DNA of 64,000 nucleotides from Azolla caroliniana. Its lineage: Eukaryota; Plantae; Polypodiophyta. Position numbers and translations under genes: made by a program. The stretch lies in NCBI GenBank assembly GCA_043228905.1, contig JBHGNT010000007.1, forward strand, positions 4,836,001 to 4,900,000, read 5' to 3'. How positions within the stretch are numbered: the first letter of the stretch is position 1; the number at the start of each line of letters is the position of its first letter. The notes beneath the pieces were generated by a model. It saw only the letters and a program-made list of their open reading frames with translations, was not told the DNA's origin and ran no database searches. Below, piece after piece: positions 41,083 through 52,318 of the stretch.

Positions 41083-43198
41083 GCGGTCACTGACCAATCC
41101 TTTCCCGAGCAATCAGAGGCTTCCCTAGTGCAATCCTCGCCACCGGACACTCGATCGCGAGTTGATTCACCACCAAAACCCCCGCCGAGCCCTCCAGAGG
41201 TCAATCAACTGGAACTAAACCCTTTTTCGGTGCTACCAGAAGACCCAGAGTACGACATCATGCCATACCCATACCCACGATACACCGACGGACTAGACGC
41301 GGAGTCACACATCCGTGCCTTCATATCCACGTGGCAGGCCAACCACTCAACGCACCGCCTCACGCCGGCTGAAATCGATGCCTCAAAGATTGCCGATTTC
41401 ACACTCTCCCTTGATGGACCGGCCGCACGATGGTACTCTCGCCTCGAAATAGGAGAGGCCACCACTTTCCAAATCGTGCGCACAAAGTTCCTTGAACTTT
41501 TTCATCGCGAGGTGCCTAAACGGGAACTGCTCCGGCAATTCTTCTCTATATGCCAGGAACCGCACGAAACGGTCGTGCAGTTCACCATCCGGTGCCAATG
41601 ATGTCTCGGCACAACATATACCGGACACTTTCCTGTCCAGTTTACGAGAGCCTCTCTGAACGACTCTCGCACTTACAAATTTCGCTAACCATACTATCGA
41701 ACAAGTCATAGCGCGGGTTCTCGCCCTCGATCAGACCCAACACGGCGCGGCCTTCTCGATGACATCCTTACAAAACGATCTTCCCCAAGAGGACAATCGC
41801 TTTCGCCAAGCTCTCCAATGCACGACGTGTTCAGGATCAGGGCACCTGGCCCTCGAATGTCCCCACCGACCACAGTGTCCGATCTGTTAGTCTTGAGCTC
41901 ACACTATCGAGCAGTGCGAATATAATATGCTGAACCGCACAACGGTGGCACTGGTCCGCCAGATCGAGCCACGAAATACATACTCTTGGCAGGATGAGCG
42001 ATATGTCTATCGAGACCAGGATAACGACCGACCGCGATCCCCGGATCGCCGGCGCCGAGACGACGACTACCGACGTGATGACCGCCGTGATCACTATCGC
42101 GATGACCGGCACGACGATTATGCTCGATATGATGACGATCGCGATGACTGGTATGACCGACGGAACTCACGCATTGATCGGCGAAACGGCAACCGCAACA
42201 CACGCAACAATAGAAGACCTAATGACAACCGCCGACGGGACGCTCCTCAAAATGACCAGCGCCACTCCAACGCACCTCGGAACAATCCACCACCAAACGA
42301 GACTGAGAATCAACAACAGCAGCTTCCACACACAGACCGAGCGGACACCAGCAGCTCGGCCAACGTTGTCGTGCCTTTCGGCTCCGGATCGTTGCGTGAG
42401 TCAGGTGGGAACCACAGAGGTCTTGGACTAGGAGAAAGAAGTTCGTGAGATAGAGATTAATTATGAGTAAATAGCAAAGAGAAAGATAAGAAACTCGTGA
42501 ATCACACGAGTATACTATATTAATTGGTACTTAGGGTGTTAAGAGAGAAGTAGATGTATAAATCGTGAATCCCACGAATAATTTTTGTATTGATTAATAC
42601 TTAATCCAAATAATCAACAAAAATTACAATGTGCTCCCCATTCTTATATAGTGATGGGAGAGACTAAGCATAGCTACATGCTTTTTTCTAATATGTTCAT
42701 GCACACTAAATGTGCATGTGATGCTTTTCTAATCCTTGCTTTTATTTGCTAAATATAGTGCTCATGCACGCTAGATGTGCATGAGTCACTTTTTAGTTGC
42801 TTGCGTTTTTCTATAAAATATTTACGCACTCTAAAAATACATGATTTACCTTTTAATAAAGGTATGCATAAATAAAGGTCTTATACGTATTAAATCTATA
42901 TCTAAAACACTTAAGATAAGTTAATGTAATGGTAAGGTTGGGGTTTGTCAATGTGGAGGTGCAGAGTTCGAATCACGCCCTGCGCAGTAGTGAGTATTTC
43001 CTTTTTTTACATTTATGTCTCTATGCCGTTTTTCCTCCTTGCCGGTATGCCGTTTTCTTCCTTGCCGGTATGCCGTTTTCCTCCTTGCCGGTATGCCGTT
43101 TTTCCTCCTTGCCGGTATGCCGTTTTCTTCCGGTTCTCACCGAGCACTCCATTCTCTATCCGGAGGGACAAAAATATAATTTCCACATAGTGTGCAAC

Positions 43199-46100
43199 CT
43201 ACACTACGACACTCGCCCCCTCCAAACCTGCACATCCTCCGGTATGTGCCGAAGTTCTTGATTCTTCGTATCCGTCTTCATCCGAAGCTTCCTCCGATTC
43301 TCCCCTTATGTCGACTATGAGTTGTAATCCACTTTCTTCGCTTCCCGCATCATTGTGGTCTTCGTCCGATTGTTCCTCGTTGTCGGCCTCGACTTGGATC
43401 ACATAAGGTTTGTCGTCGGTCCGCTTCTTGAAAATCTTTACCCGCTTCCCGGCTATAGGCACTCGTAGTATTGTTCCATCCAACTCGGACAGTCGGTACG
43501 TCCCGTTGTCGAAGACCTTCCGAACCTCGTACGGCCCGAACCACCTTTTCGCGAATTTCCGCATCGTTGTATGTTGATGGTCCAAGCTACTATCATAGAC
43601 GATCACCCAATCTCCTTCTTCAATCCTCCTCGGTCGTAGTCGGTGCTTTGTGTCGAACCGGCTTTTGTTCCGGAACCGTGCTTCTTGTTGTCGGCGTGAC
43701 GCTTCCGCTACATCTTTCGGTCTTCCCTCCAGTTGTCGTATCCGGACCGCTAGTAGTTCTTCCCGGCTCATCTCTTCCTTCCACGGTAGTATTGTCCATG
43801 TCGCGATTGCGGTTTCCGTTGGCATTACCGGTGCTTGTCCGGTCATGAGTTCTGTCGGCATGTAACCGGTCACGGAGCTATGCGTCGTCCGATCCGCCCA
43901 TAGTGCATACGGAAGCATTTGTGGCCAATCCTTCACCCTTCCGTCGCATGCCTTCGCAAGTGCTTTCACGATCGGACTATGTCCTCGTTCGATCTTCCCG
44001 TTGGCCTCCGGATTGTAGGCCGTTGTCAACGTTAACCGAACTCCATGTTTGGCGAAGAATCCCCTAGCTTTGTCCGAGTCGAGTTCTCCCCGGTCCGCAA
44101 TCACTTGTCCTACGCAGCCGTACCTACAAAACACTTCTTCCAAAAGAAATTGGCACACCGCGGCACACGTTTTCCTCCGAAGCGCTCGACCTTCAACTTG
44201 GTTTGTGAGATCTTCTCGAGCTAACACCAAGTATTTCTTTTGTCCAATCCCGGTCGGCATAGCTACAATGTCGACCATCCACTTGAAGTTGATTGTCGGT
44301 GAGAATGTCGGATGCAGCTCATCTCGGTGTCGGACCCCGGAGTAGACTTGACATTTCTCGCAGCTTTCTGTGAACTCCGCGACATCTTTATACATGTTCT
44401 TCCACCAATATCTTTGCTTGATTTTCACAAAAGTTGCCCATGTTCCTCGATGTCCAGCCCAATCGGATTCGTGGAACTCGGACATTATCCGGTTTCGTTG
44501 CTCTTTCGTCCCGACTACTCGAAGTGGTATCCCATCCGGTCTTTTCGGCGTCCTCCATATTAAACCGTTTTCCAAGAAGAACTTTTGGACTTGCCTCTTC
44601 TTCCTTCGGATCTCGGCTCTCCTTTCCTTATCATTGGTTGAATCCTCGACCTCTTGTAGCATCTTCCCGATCATCAAGGTTTCCCCCTCGTATTCTTCTT
44701 CCCGGAATTCTCGGATCACGTTCACTCGGCATATGTGTTCCGACGTGAAGTAGTCTTCGGAAACTTCTTCATTATCTGATTCGGTTATGTCGTCTTCAAA
44801 CCGCGCCCTCGATAACATGTCCGCTACCGCGTTGTCCTTCCCTGAGATGTGTCGAACCTCCGGATTAAGTGACTTGACATATGCAATCCACCTTAGCATA
44901 GCCACATCCGGTATCGTACAACACCGCATCATCCCGAGTATCGGAAGACAATCCGTCTCGATCACCACTTCAGCTCCGATCAAATAATCCCGATCCGATT
45001 TTATCGCCGACACGACTCCCCACAATTCTCTTTTGACTTGTGCATATCCGCGTTGCCTTTCGTTGAGGACCTTTGCTCCAAATCGGATCGGATACCGCGA
45101 ACCATCCGAGTCGGCTTGATTGATGACCCACCCGATACCGGTTGGACTTGTATCAACCGTTACTATGATTGGCCGCTCGTAGCTTGGCTTCTTAAGTGAT
45201 TCCGCCCTCCATAGTGTCTTCTTGAGCTTCCTCATGGCTTTAGTGTGTTCCGGTTTCCACTCGAATTTCTTACCTTTCCGCAACAAGTGATAGAGCGGGT
45301 CCGCTATATGTGCATAGTGCGGAATCCATATGTGATAGAATGCACACACACCCAGAAACCTTTGGACTTCCGATGTTGACTCACATACTTCCTTCATAGC
45401 TTGAATCGCATCGATCTTTGTTGGTGACGGTCTTCGGCCGTAGGGTCCACGTAGATGTCCGACCACCAATATTTCTTCTTGCCCGAATGCCGATTTCTCC
45501 CCGGAAAGTGTTAGGTGCACATCTTCTAGCTTTCGCAACACTTTCTCGCAATCATGAATATGGTCGACCACGAACTTTCGGCATCCCCGATCATCCATAG
45601 TCTCATCTTTTTCTTCCACCGCGCATCCTTTCATCGGAATGTCATCTAGAAACGGCATTGTTATCTCCGGGATGCAATCTCGAAGCACCTTGTTCATCGC
45701 GTTCATCATATGTGCAACCGAGTTTGTCGCTCCTTGTGGTAGTGTGCACATTCGAACTAGTCCTATCGGTGTCCGCATGGTAGTGATGTCTCGGCTCTCC
45801 ACGACTAGTTGGAATTGGTCATACCCCGAGTATAGGTCCCCGATGGAGTATATCGCACGTCCGGCAAAAGCTTCCGCGAATTCGTCCACTATCGGACCGA
45901 CTCCCGAGTTCCGGATCGTGACCTTGTTCACCGGTTGCAAGTCTTGGATGAATCGGAGTGACCCATTCTTCTTCGGAACCGTAAACCATCGATTTGAGTA
46001 CGGAGCACTTGATGGCTCTAGAATCCCCATCGCCACCTTCTCCTTGAGTAAGTCGATGACTTTCGGAATATGCGCCCGTGGCACCGGAATCGGCTTCAGG

Positions 46101-46803
46101 TTCCACGGTACATGATCAATCGTGAAAATCACCATCGGCTCCACTATCTTTGGATCAATGCATCCGATCTCCCTCGATGTGAACGTGAATGCTTTGCCGT
46201 GTTGCTCCAACATCTCTCGAAACCGTTTTTCTTCTTCTTGTAAGAGGAACCCACCTCCACCGATCCGAAGTTTCTTCCGGGTCTCATCTGTGAAGGCATG
46301 TCCGATATCCACGGTCTTCCGAAGTGTCGGATCTCCCGAGACTTCTTTCCTCTTTTGTTCGCTATCGGCGGGTAGTGGTCCCGCGGCCGGTTTCACCTTT
46401 TTCTCCACGGTCTTGTATTTCGTACTTACCATTGCTTCTTCTTTGCGGAGCGCATCCGGCCCCATTTTCGCAACGATCTCGTACATCTCGACCGATTCCA
46501 CCGGGACTACCCGGTTCCCTTGGCTTTTATCTTCCGCAAGCTCTTCAAGCCGTTGTAGTGTATTCCCATAGAACACTTCCTCGATCACTCCCACGATTTC
46601 TTCGTCTTCTTTTATTATTGATGCCGACCGTAACTTATCCTCCACTTGTCGGTATTGTTTCTTCATTCCTTCGGTTACGGCCGTGTACGTAGATGCCCCA
46701 TCCGGCCCGATTCGTACTTGTTTTGCTCCGAGAGTTTTCTTCCTGTGTGGGGTATCAGGGCTTCTCGGACTATCACTTCCCCACTCCGCAACAGTCCGCT
46801 TTA
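43199..46803 (-). CDS. G2 pol (RT-RNaseH-integrase), reached by -1 frameshift from gag
   Basis: The 1155-aa ORF 43199..46666 stays open upstream to the gag stop. Motifs: LPQGATNS, PFLDDIP, TVDTS, HHCC, integrase core, WFGPY. Confidence 0.92.
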
Positions 46804-46810
46804 AAAATCC
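46747..46810 (-). promoter_or_regulatory. -1 ribosomal frameshift signal (G_GAU_UUU plus predicted H-type pseudoknot)
   Basis: Heptamer at 46804-46810, a 5-nt spacer, then an 11-bp stem CGGACUGUUGC/GUGAUAGUCCG. The loop GUGGGG can pair with a downstream CCCCAC. Pol is in the -1 frame. Confidence 0.75.
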
Positions 46811-48861
46811 ATTCTCACTTGGGACAAGAGTTCCCTCTTGTTCCTTTCGTGATTTGCCGGCACCGTTAGGAATTGGACGGATTTCCCTCCGTTTTGGCTC
46901 CGAATTCGCGCAAAAGCCGCACCACTATCGAGCACCTTCGTCTCCATCCGTGAAGCCGTGATAAAGGGTTGGCCGAGGATGACAGAATGTGAAACCTCAT
47001 CCTGCACAAAGAAATTTTGGTCAATTTCGACATCCCCGATCTTTACCGTCACATCCGGACAAGCCGCAAATAGGTCTTCTGTCGTTTTCGTGGCTGCCCG
47101 AATCTTCCATCCATGGTTGGTGTTTATAGGCCACTTCCCCTTTCGGTAGAACTCCTTGGACATCAAGTTGATCTCCGATCCGTGATCAATCAATGCTAGC
47201 ACGGGTTCTTTGATGTTGCCGATTCGGACCGGAGTCTCCGTAGTCGCACGTGCCCAGTGTGGCCTTGTATAGTGGGAGTTCGGAATTTCGCCTTCCACTT
47301 CGGTGTCGTTCATTGAAACGGTATTTGCATTCACCCTTGGAGCATTTTCCTCCGTACTTTGTCTCTTCCTTTTTACGAGATCCACAAGAAGATCGTGAAA
47401 CTCCTTCTTCGCTATTCCGAGTAGTTCCCGCAGCGAAAAATCTACCTGGCTATCCAAGATTCTTTCCTCGAACACTCTTTTCAAGTCGGTTTGTTGTTCT
47501 ATGTCCGAGGCGAGCTTGAATGCCGGAGTCGCCTTTTCTTTTCCCTTACCTCCGGAGTTCCAGCTTTCCGGTATCTTCGATGGTCCGGCCGCATCCTCCG
47601 TGCGCCGTCGTTTCTCGTCCACATACACCTCATGTAATTGACACAGGGCGTATATGCTATTCTTGTCGACAGGGCACTCCCATCCCGTAGCTTCCCGGAC
47701 GCCTTCCGCAGTGTTTCGGATATCGTTGGAGTCGGTTTTCTCGGTGTTTCCTAGCACCTCCGGCCAGAAAGACGCCTTCGCTCCCGATGACCCCCCGACA
47801 CATATTCCCGCGGTTGTCGCATAGTTGCTTCTTGCCGCTAACTCCTCCTCGAGCACCTTCTTCATGCCGCCTTTCCGGAAGTTCGGTCGGAGTGGCTTCC
47901 GAGAGTCCATCGAATGAATCCGGTTTCCCTCGTAGTAGATGAGATCCCGTCGTAGTGCCTCCTTATGGTCGTCGCAATCCCTCCGATCGTGTTCGGCGCT
48001 ATCGCACCATATGCACCGTCGATCCGTATATTTGGAGCTTGTGGGGCGGTCATCCGACTTCTTCACCATCGCGATCTTTAGATTCTCCATCTCCTTCAGC
48101 AGCTGCTCCACCGTAGACGCGTCGACTCCCTTCTCGGCCGTAATCTCCCGAGCCCTCGGTTGATGGTCTTCCAGTCCCGTTCTCGGTTTCGGAATCGGTT
48201 CCGAAACCCTCTTTTCTTCGTTGGCAAGCCATTGCCCCCTCTTCGTGTACCGCGCGACGATATCCCGCACGCTTTCCCATGTTTCGGTGAGGCCGCTTTC
48301 GGTGGTCGTGTCCTCAAGAAGCACTCCGAGATCTTTCCGGTCCCGGACGTCCACAGCTCGCAAAAACATGATGACTTTGTCCGGTGCAAGAATAGTTTGA
48401 TCTCTCGCGGACAACCTCCCGAACCGACTTTCGAATGTCGAAAACACTTCGAGGACATTCAGCCCCTTACCTGACGTTTCCACCCAATCCTCGAATCCCC
48501 TCCGCGTTGCCTTGGAGGAGTCCTCGATGGCAAACGTGGTCTTTAACGCCTCTTCGAATGCTTCCCACGTCGGATTTTGTTGTTGCAACCCGTGGATACT
48601 CCCTTGAAGCCCGTCGGTCGCCACCCGGTTAAAGGATGTCACTTGCAGTCCTTCCGAAGCCCGGCACCGGAGCATCTCCGCCTTGTAGTCCTGCAAATAT
48701 CGCGACACATCCTTACCATTAAATTGCCCGTTGCGTTGCACGAGCCACTCTACTGATGCCGAAATCTCCGACATCGTGCGTTGTTCTTGAAGCATCCGTT
48801 CGAACATCGCCATCATATTGTTAGCTTGTTGAGCCTCCATCTCCTTGCCACCCGCTTTCAC
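46801..48861 (-). CDS. G2 gag-protease
   Basis: 686-aa intact ORF with a CIWCDSAEHDRRDC zinc knuckle and protease ALIDHGSEIN. Confidence 0.92.
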   Translation of the reverse strand: MKAGGKEMEAQQANNMMAMFERMLQEQRTMSEISASVEWLVQRNGQFNGKDVSRYLQDYKAEMLRCRASEGLQVTSFNRVATDGLQGSIHGLQQQNPTWEAFEEALKTTFAIEDSSKATRRGFEDWVETSGKGLNVLEVFSTFESRFGRLSARDQTILAPDKVIMFLRAVDVRDRKDLGVLLEDTTTESGLTETWESVRDIVARYTKRGQWLANEEKRVSEPIPKPRTGLEDHQPRAREITAEKGVDASTVEQLLKEMENLKIAMVKKSDDRPTSSKYTDRRCIWCDSAEHDRRDCDDHKEALRRDLIYYEGNRIHSMDSRKPLRPNFRKGGMKKVLEEELAARSNYATTAGICVGGSSGAKASFWPEVLGNTEKTDSNDIRNTAEGVREATGWECPVDKNSIYALCQLHEVYVDEKRRRTEDAAGPSKIPESWNSGGKGKEKATPAFKLASDIEQQTDLKRVFEERILDSQVDFSLRELLGIAKKEFHDLLVDLVKRKRQSTEENAPRVNANTVSMNDTEVEGEIPNSHYTRPHWARATTETPVRIGNIKEPVLALIDHGSEINLMSKEFYRKGKWPINTNHGWKIRAATKTTEDLFAACPDVTVKIGDVEIDQNFFVQDEVSHSVILGQPFITASRMETKVLDSGAAFARIRSQNGGKSVQFLTVPANHERNKRELLSQVRMDF

Positions 48862-51247
48862 ATCGGGTTCACCAACTGTGTCGTGCCTTTCGGCTCCGGA
48901 TCGTTGCGTGAGTCAGGTGGGAACCACAGAGGTCTTGGACTAGGAGAAAGAAGTTCGTGAGATAGAGATTAATTATGAGTAAATAGCAAAGAGAAAGATA
49001 AGAAACTCGTGAATCACACGAGTATACTATATTAATTGGTACTTAGGGTGTTAAGAGAGAAGTAGATGTATAAATCGTGAATCCCACGAATAATTTTTGT
49101 ATTGATTAATACTTAATCCAAATAATCAACAAAAATTACAATGTGCTCCCCATTCTTATATAGTGATGGGAGAGACTAAGCATAGCTACATGCTTTTTTC
49201 TAATATGTTCATGCACACTAAATGTGCATGTGATGCTTTTCTAATCCTTGCTTTTATTTGCTAAATATAGTGCTCATGCACGCTAGATGTGCATGAGTCA
49301 CTTTTTAGTTGCTTGCGTTTTTCTATAAAATATTTACGCACTCTAAAAATACATGATTTACCTTTTAATAAAGGTATGCATAAATAAAGGTCTTATACGT
49401 ATTAAATCTATATCTAAAACACTTAAGATAAGTTAATGTAATGGTAAGGTTGGGGTTTGTCAACGTGGAGGTGCAGAGTTCGAATCACGCCCTGCGTAGT
49501 AGTGAGTATTTCCTTTTTTTACATTTATGTCTCTATGCCGTTTTTCCTCCTTGCCGGTATGCCGTTTTCTTCCTTGCCGGTATGCCGTTTTCCTCCTTGC
49601 CGGTATGCCGTTTTTCCTCCTTGCCGGTATGCCGTTTTTCCTCCTTGCCGGTATGCCGTTTTCTTCCGGTTCTCACCGAGCACTCCATTCTCTATCCGGA
49701 GGGACAAAAATATAATTTCCACATAGTGTGCAACCTACACTACGACAACGTTACATGTTTTAAACGTAACCAACCAGGCCACTACGCCATGCAATGTCCA
49801 ACAACCAACTGTGGCAAGGCACCCGCGATGAACAATATCATGGCCGATGTTCAAACCGTCACTACCCGGAGTAAAGCGCAGACTACTTAGTGGCAAATGC
49901 AGGATGAAGTCCGTCAGGAAGCAAAAGAATGGATCGACATGGCCAATAAAAATAATGCCGTGCGCATGCAAAGTGACATGAGAGACAGGCCCAATGAAGC
50001 ACCACAAAACTCGGTACCATCCACGTCGTCGGAGGACGACCAGCTATGGGATGTTCTTACCAACTCCCGCATCTTGCTGCCCCTACATAAACTGTTACCA
50101 CTCATGCCGAGATTTTGGGACACCCTGGCGGCACTCCAGGCCAATACTAAGCCTGTGACGCCACCGGTACACCTCACCGAAGCAGGAACCGGTCCACCAC
50201 TCATGGATTCTCAGAACCCAGCCGTGCGAATCATCATTAAGGGACAAGACCTGCACGGATGCATCATCGACGGCGGATCCGGCGTAAACGTTATTAGCGA
50301 GTCAACGTGTCACAACCTCGGCCTGAATCAATGGGAACCATGCCCCTTTTGGCTTCGGATGGCCGACACCCGCTCCGTTCGCCCCATTGGTTTAATCCGC
50401 CATCTCGACTTCACACTCGGAGGCCACATGTTCACGATCTCGGTTGTCGTGCTAAGACTGGAGACACAAGGCGCCTACCCAATGTTACTAGGTCGACCAT
50501 GGTTGCGTACAACGAATATCAAGCAACATTGGCAACACAACATGATCTCGTTCCGAAGAGGCAAGACAAAAGTCTGAATCATCACTGAAGAACGAGTCCC
50601 CATCGCCCTCAACACTTCGCCGTTATACGCGGAAGGGGTCCATATGCTTGACGGTTTGGCCGATGAGGAGGTCGATGACTTCCTAGATGATCATCCCACG
50701 ATCATCCCTCTCTTCGAAATCAATGCCTTACCAACCGTTGAGCCACCTAAAGACGAGGAAGTCACGGAGGAATCACCACCCCAAGATGAACCAGATCCAA
50801 CCACAATTGCCGAGCTACGCCATGCTCGGCAAGCTTTCGAACACGAACTCGCCATTTCACAACGAGTCAAAGCATCAACCCTGGAAACAATAAACCTCGG
50901 CTCGGACGAGAATCCTCGTACGTTACAAATTGCCAATAATCTACCAACCGGAGAACGGGCATGCCTCGTACGATTGCTCACCGACTACCAGGATGTTTTC
51001 GCTTGGTCTTACACCGATATGAAGGGGCTGGATCCTCAATACTACCAACATCAAATTCACATCTTACCCGACACTCGGCCGGTTCAGTAGAGGCGCTACA
51101 GGATGAACCCCAACTACGCCGCTAAAGTCAAAGAGGAAATCGACAAACTACTCCGAGTGGGCTTCATTCGCCCTGTTAAACGGGCCACGTGGTTGAGCCC
51201 GATCGTAGTGGTCCCAAAGAAGAACGAAAAAATCCGCGTCTGCGTCG

Positions 51248-51293
51248 ACACTGTTCTTCTCTCTTCCCATCCGGAGGGATCTGTCTCCCAACA
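51248..51293 (-). mobile_element. 46-bp terminal remnant of a copia LTR at the G3 pol deletion breakpoint
   Basis: acactgttcttctctcttcccatccggagggatctgtctcccaaca is a near-exact reverse complement of 4250-4295. Confidence 0.8.
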
Positions 51294-51354
51294 TTAGTCA
51301 CCAGCGGCAACCTTCTCGGCCACACATGCCCCTTGACACGAGAAAACGCCTAGC

Positions 51355-52318
51355 ATGGCCCGAAAGATAAAAATAGCCCAAAAACAGGCTAAGATGGCTA
51401 CGGAATTATGGCACACTGCGAAACAGAAGCTGGTAGCCTGGGAGCAAAACCGGCCGGAACAACAACTCTTGAGCCTTCCGGCCACGACCACCGAGGCCCT
51501 CCCAGCCCCTCCACGCATAACAATGATGGATGAAAGCACCGTCACAGATTCAATCCTGACAATTCAGGCCAGCACACAAACGGACTCGTTACAAATGGTC
51601 AATGCCTGCACAACAACCAAGGCGGCCACGCCCATGGAGAAGACCGAGATACCACCCCCTCGTCCACCCAAGGAGGTGGCAACCCAGACAGAACCCCCGC
51701 TCCGGGATTACCGAGCGGAGCTTAAAGAAGAACAACAGCGAACCGAGAGACATGAACAACGACATCAGGAGGCGATGGCTCGCCTAAAAGAAGAAGCTTC
51801 CAAGCAGATGGCCGAGATTAGAGCCCAAGCCGACCAAAGGATACACGAGCAGAACGAAGCACTGGGCCGGGTACAAGCGCAAGCCGTGGGCAAAGAAGCC
51901 AAACTAAAAAGCAAGCTGGAGGAATACGCAGCCACAGTGGCAAAGAAAGAGAAGGAGGTCCTAGACCTACAGGCCGCGCTCAACAATGCGAAAGACTGGA
52001 ACCACTGGCAGGAGGAAAGAAATCGCCAACAGGAGGAGAGAATGATCGAGGAGAATGCCGAGCTGCAGAGTTAGCGTACGACCCTTAAAGAAATGGCTGA
52101 CGAGTTTTTCATCAAATGCAAGCTACTTTCGGAGCAAAAAGACGAATTATCTTATTCCTAATTCGCCCTACAAGAAGAGAGAATCGTCGAACGGGAACAA
52201 GTCTGGGCCGCGTGTCAAAAAGAATGGGAGAAAGCTACCGAAGAACTCACCAAGCATTATGAGTAGTCTATCCAGCTTGTAACCGCGGATGCAAAGAACA
52301 CTCAAGCCACCTATGAAC
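51355..52318 (+). pseudogene. Extra coiled-coil ORF in the 3' region of G3
   Basis: 239-aa E/Q/K/R-rich heptad ORF. The frame continues through a few stops (probably C>T in Gln codons) to the copia insertion and resumes at 57773. Confidence 0.6.

Larger units (their letters stand above)
42367..49747 (-). mobile_element. Intact, young Ty3/gypsy LTR retrotransposon (element G2)
   Basis: Near-identical LTRs at 42367-43211 and 48879-49747 differ by a few SNPs and one ~24-bp repeat unit. The 4-bp TSD is ACGT (42363-42366 and 49748-49751). The PBS at 48858-48874 is complementary to the tRNA-Trp 3' end. PPT is at 43212-43223. Confidence 0.95.

Noticed and set aside
41927-42448. RD-rich ORF resembling a splicing factor
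   Set aside because: It is the low-complexity part of the G3 gag just before its zinc knuckle, read into the G2 LTR.
48858-48874. tRNA-Trp gene
   Set aside because: Only the 3'-terminal 17 nt including CCA are present next to an LTR, so it is a primer-binding site.
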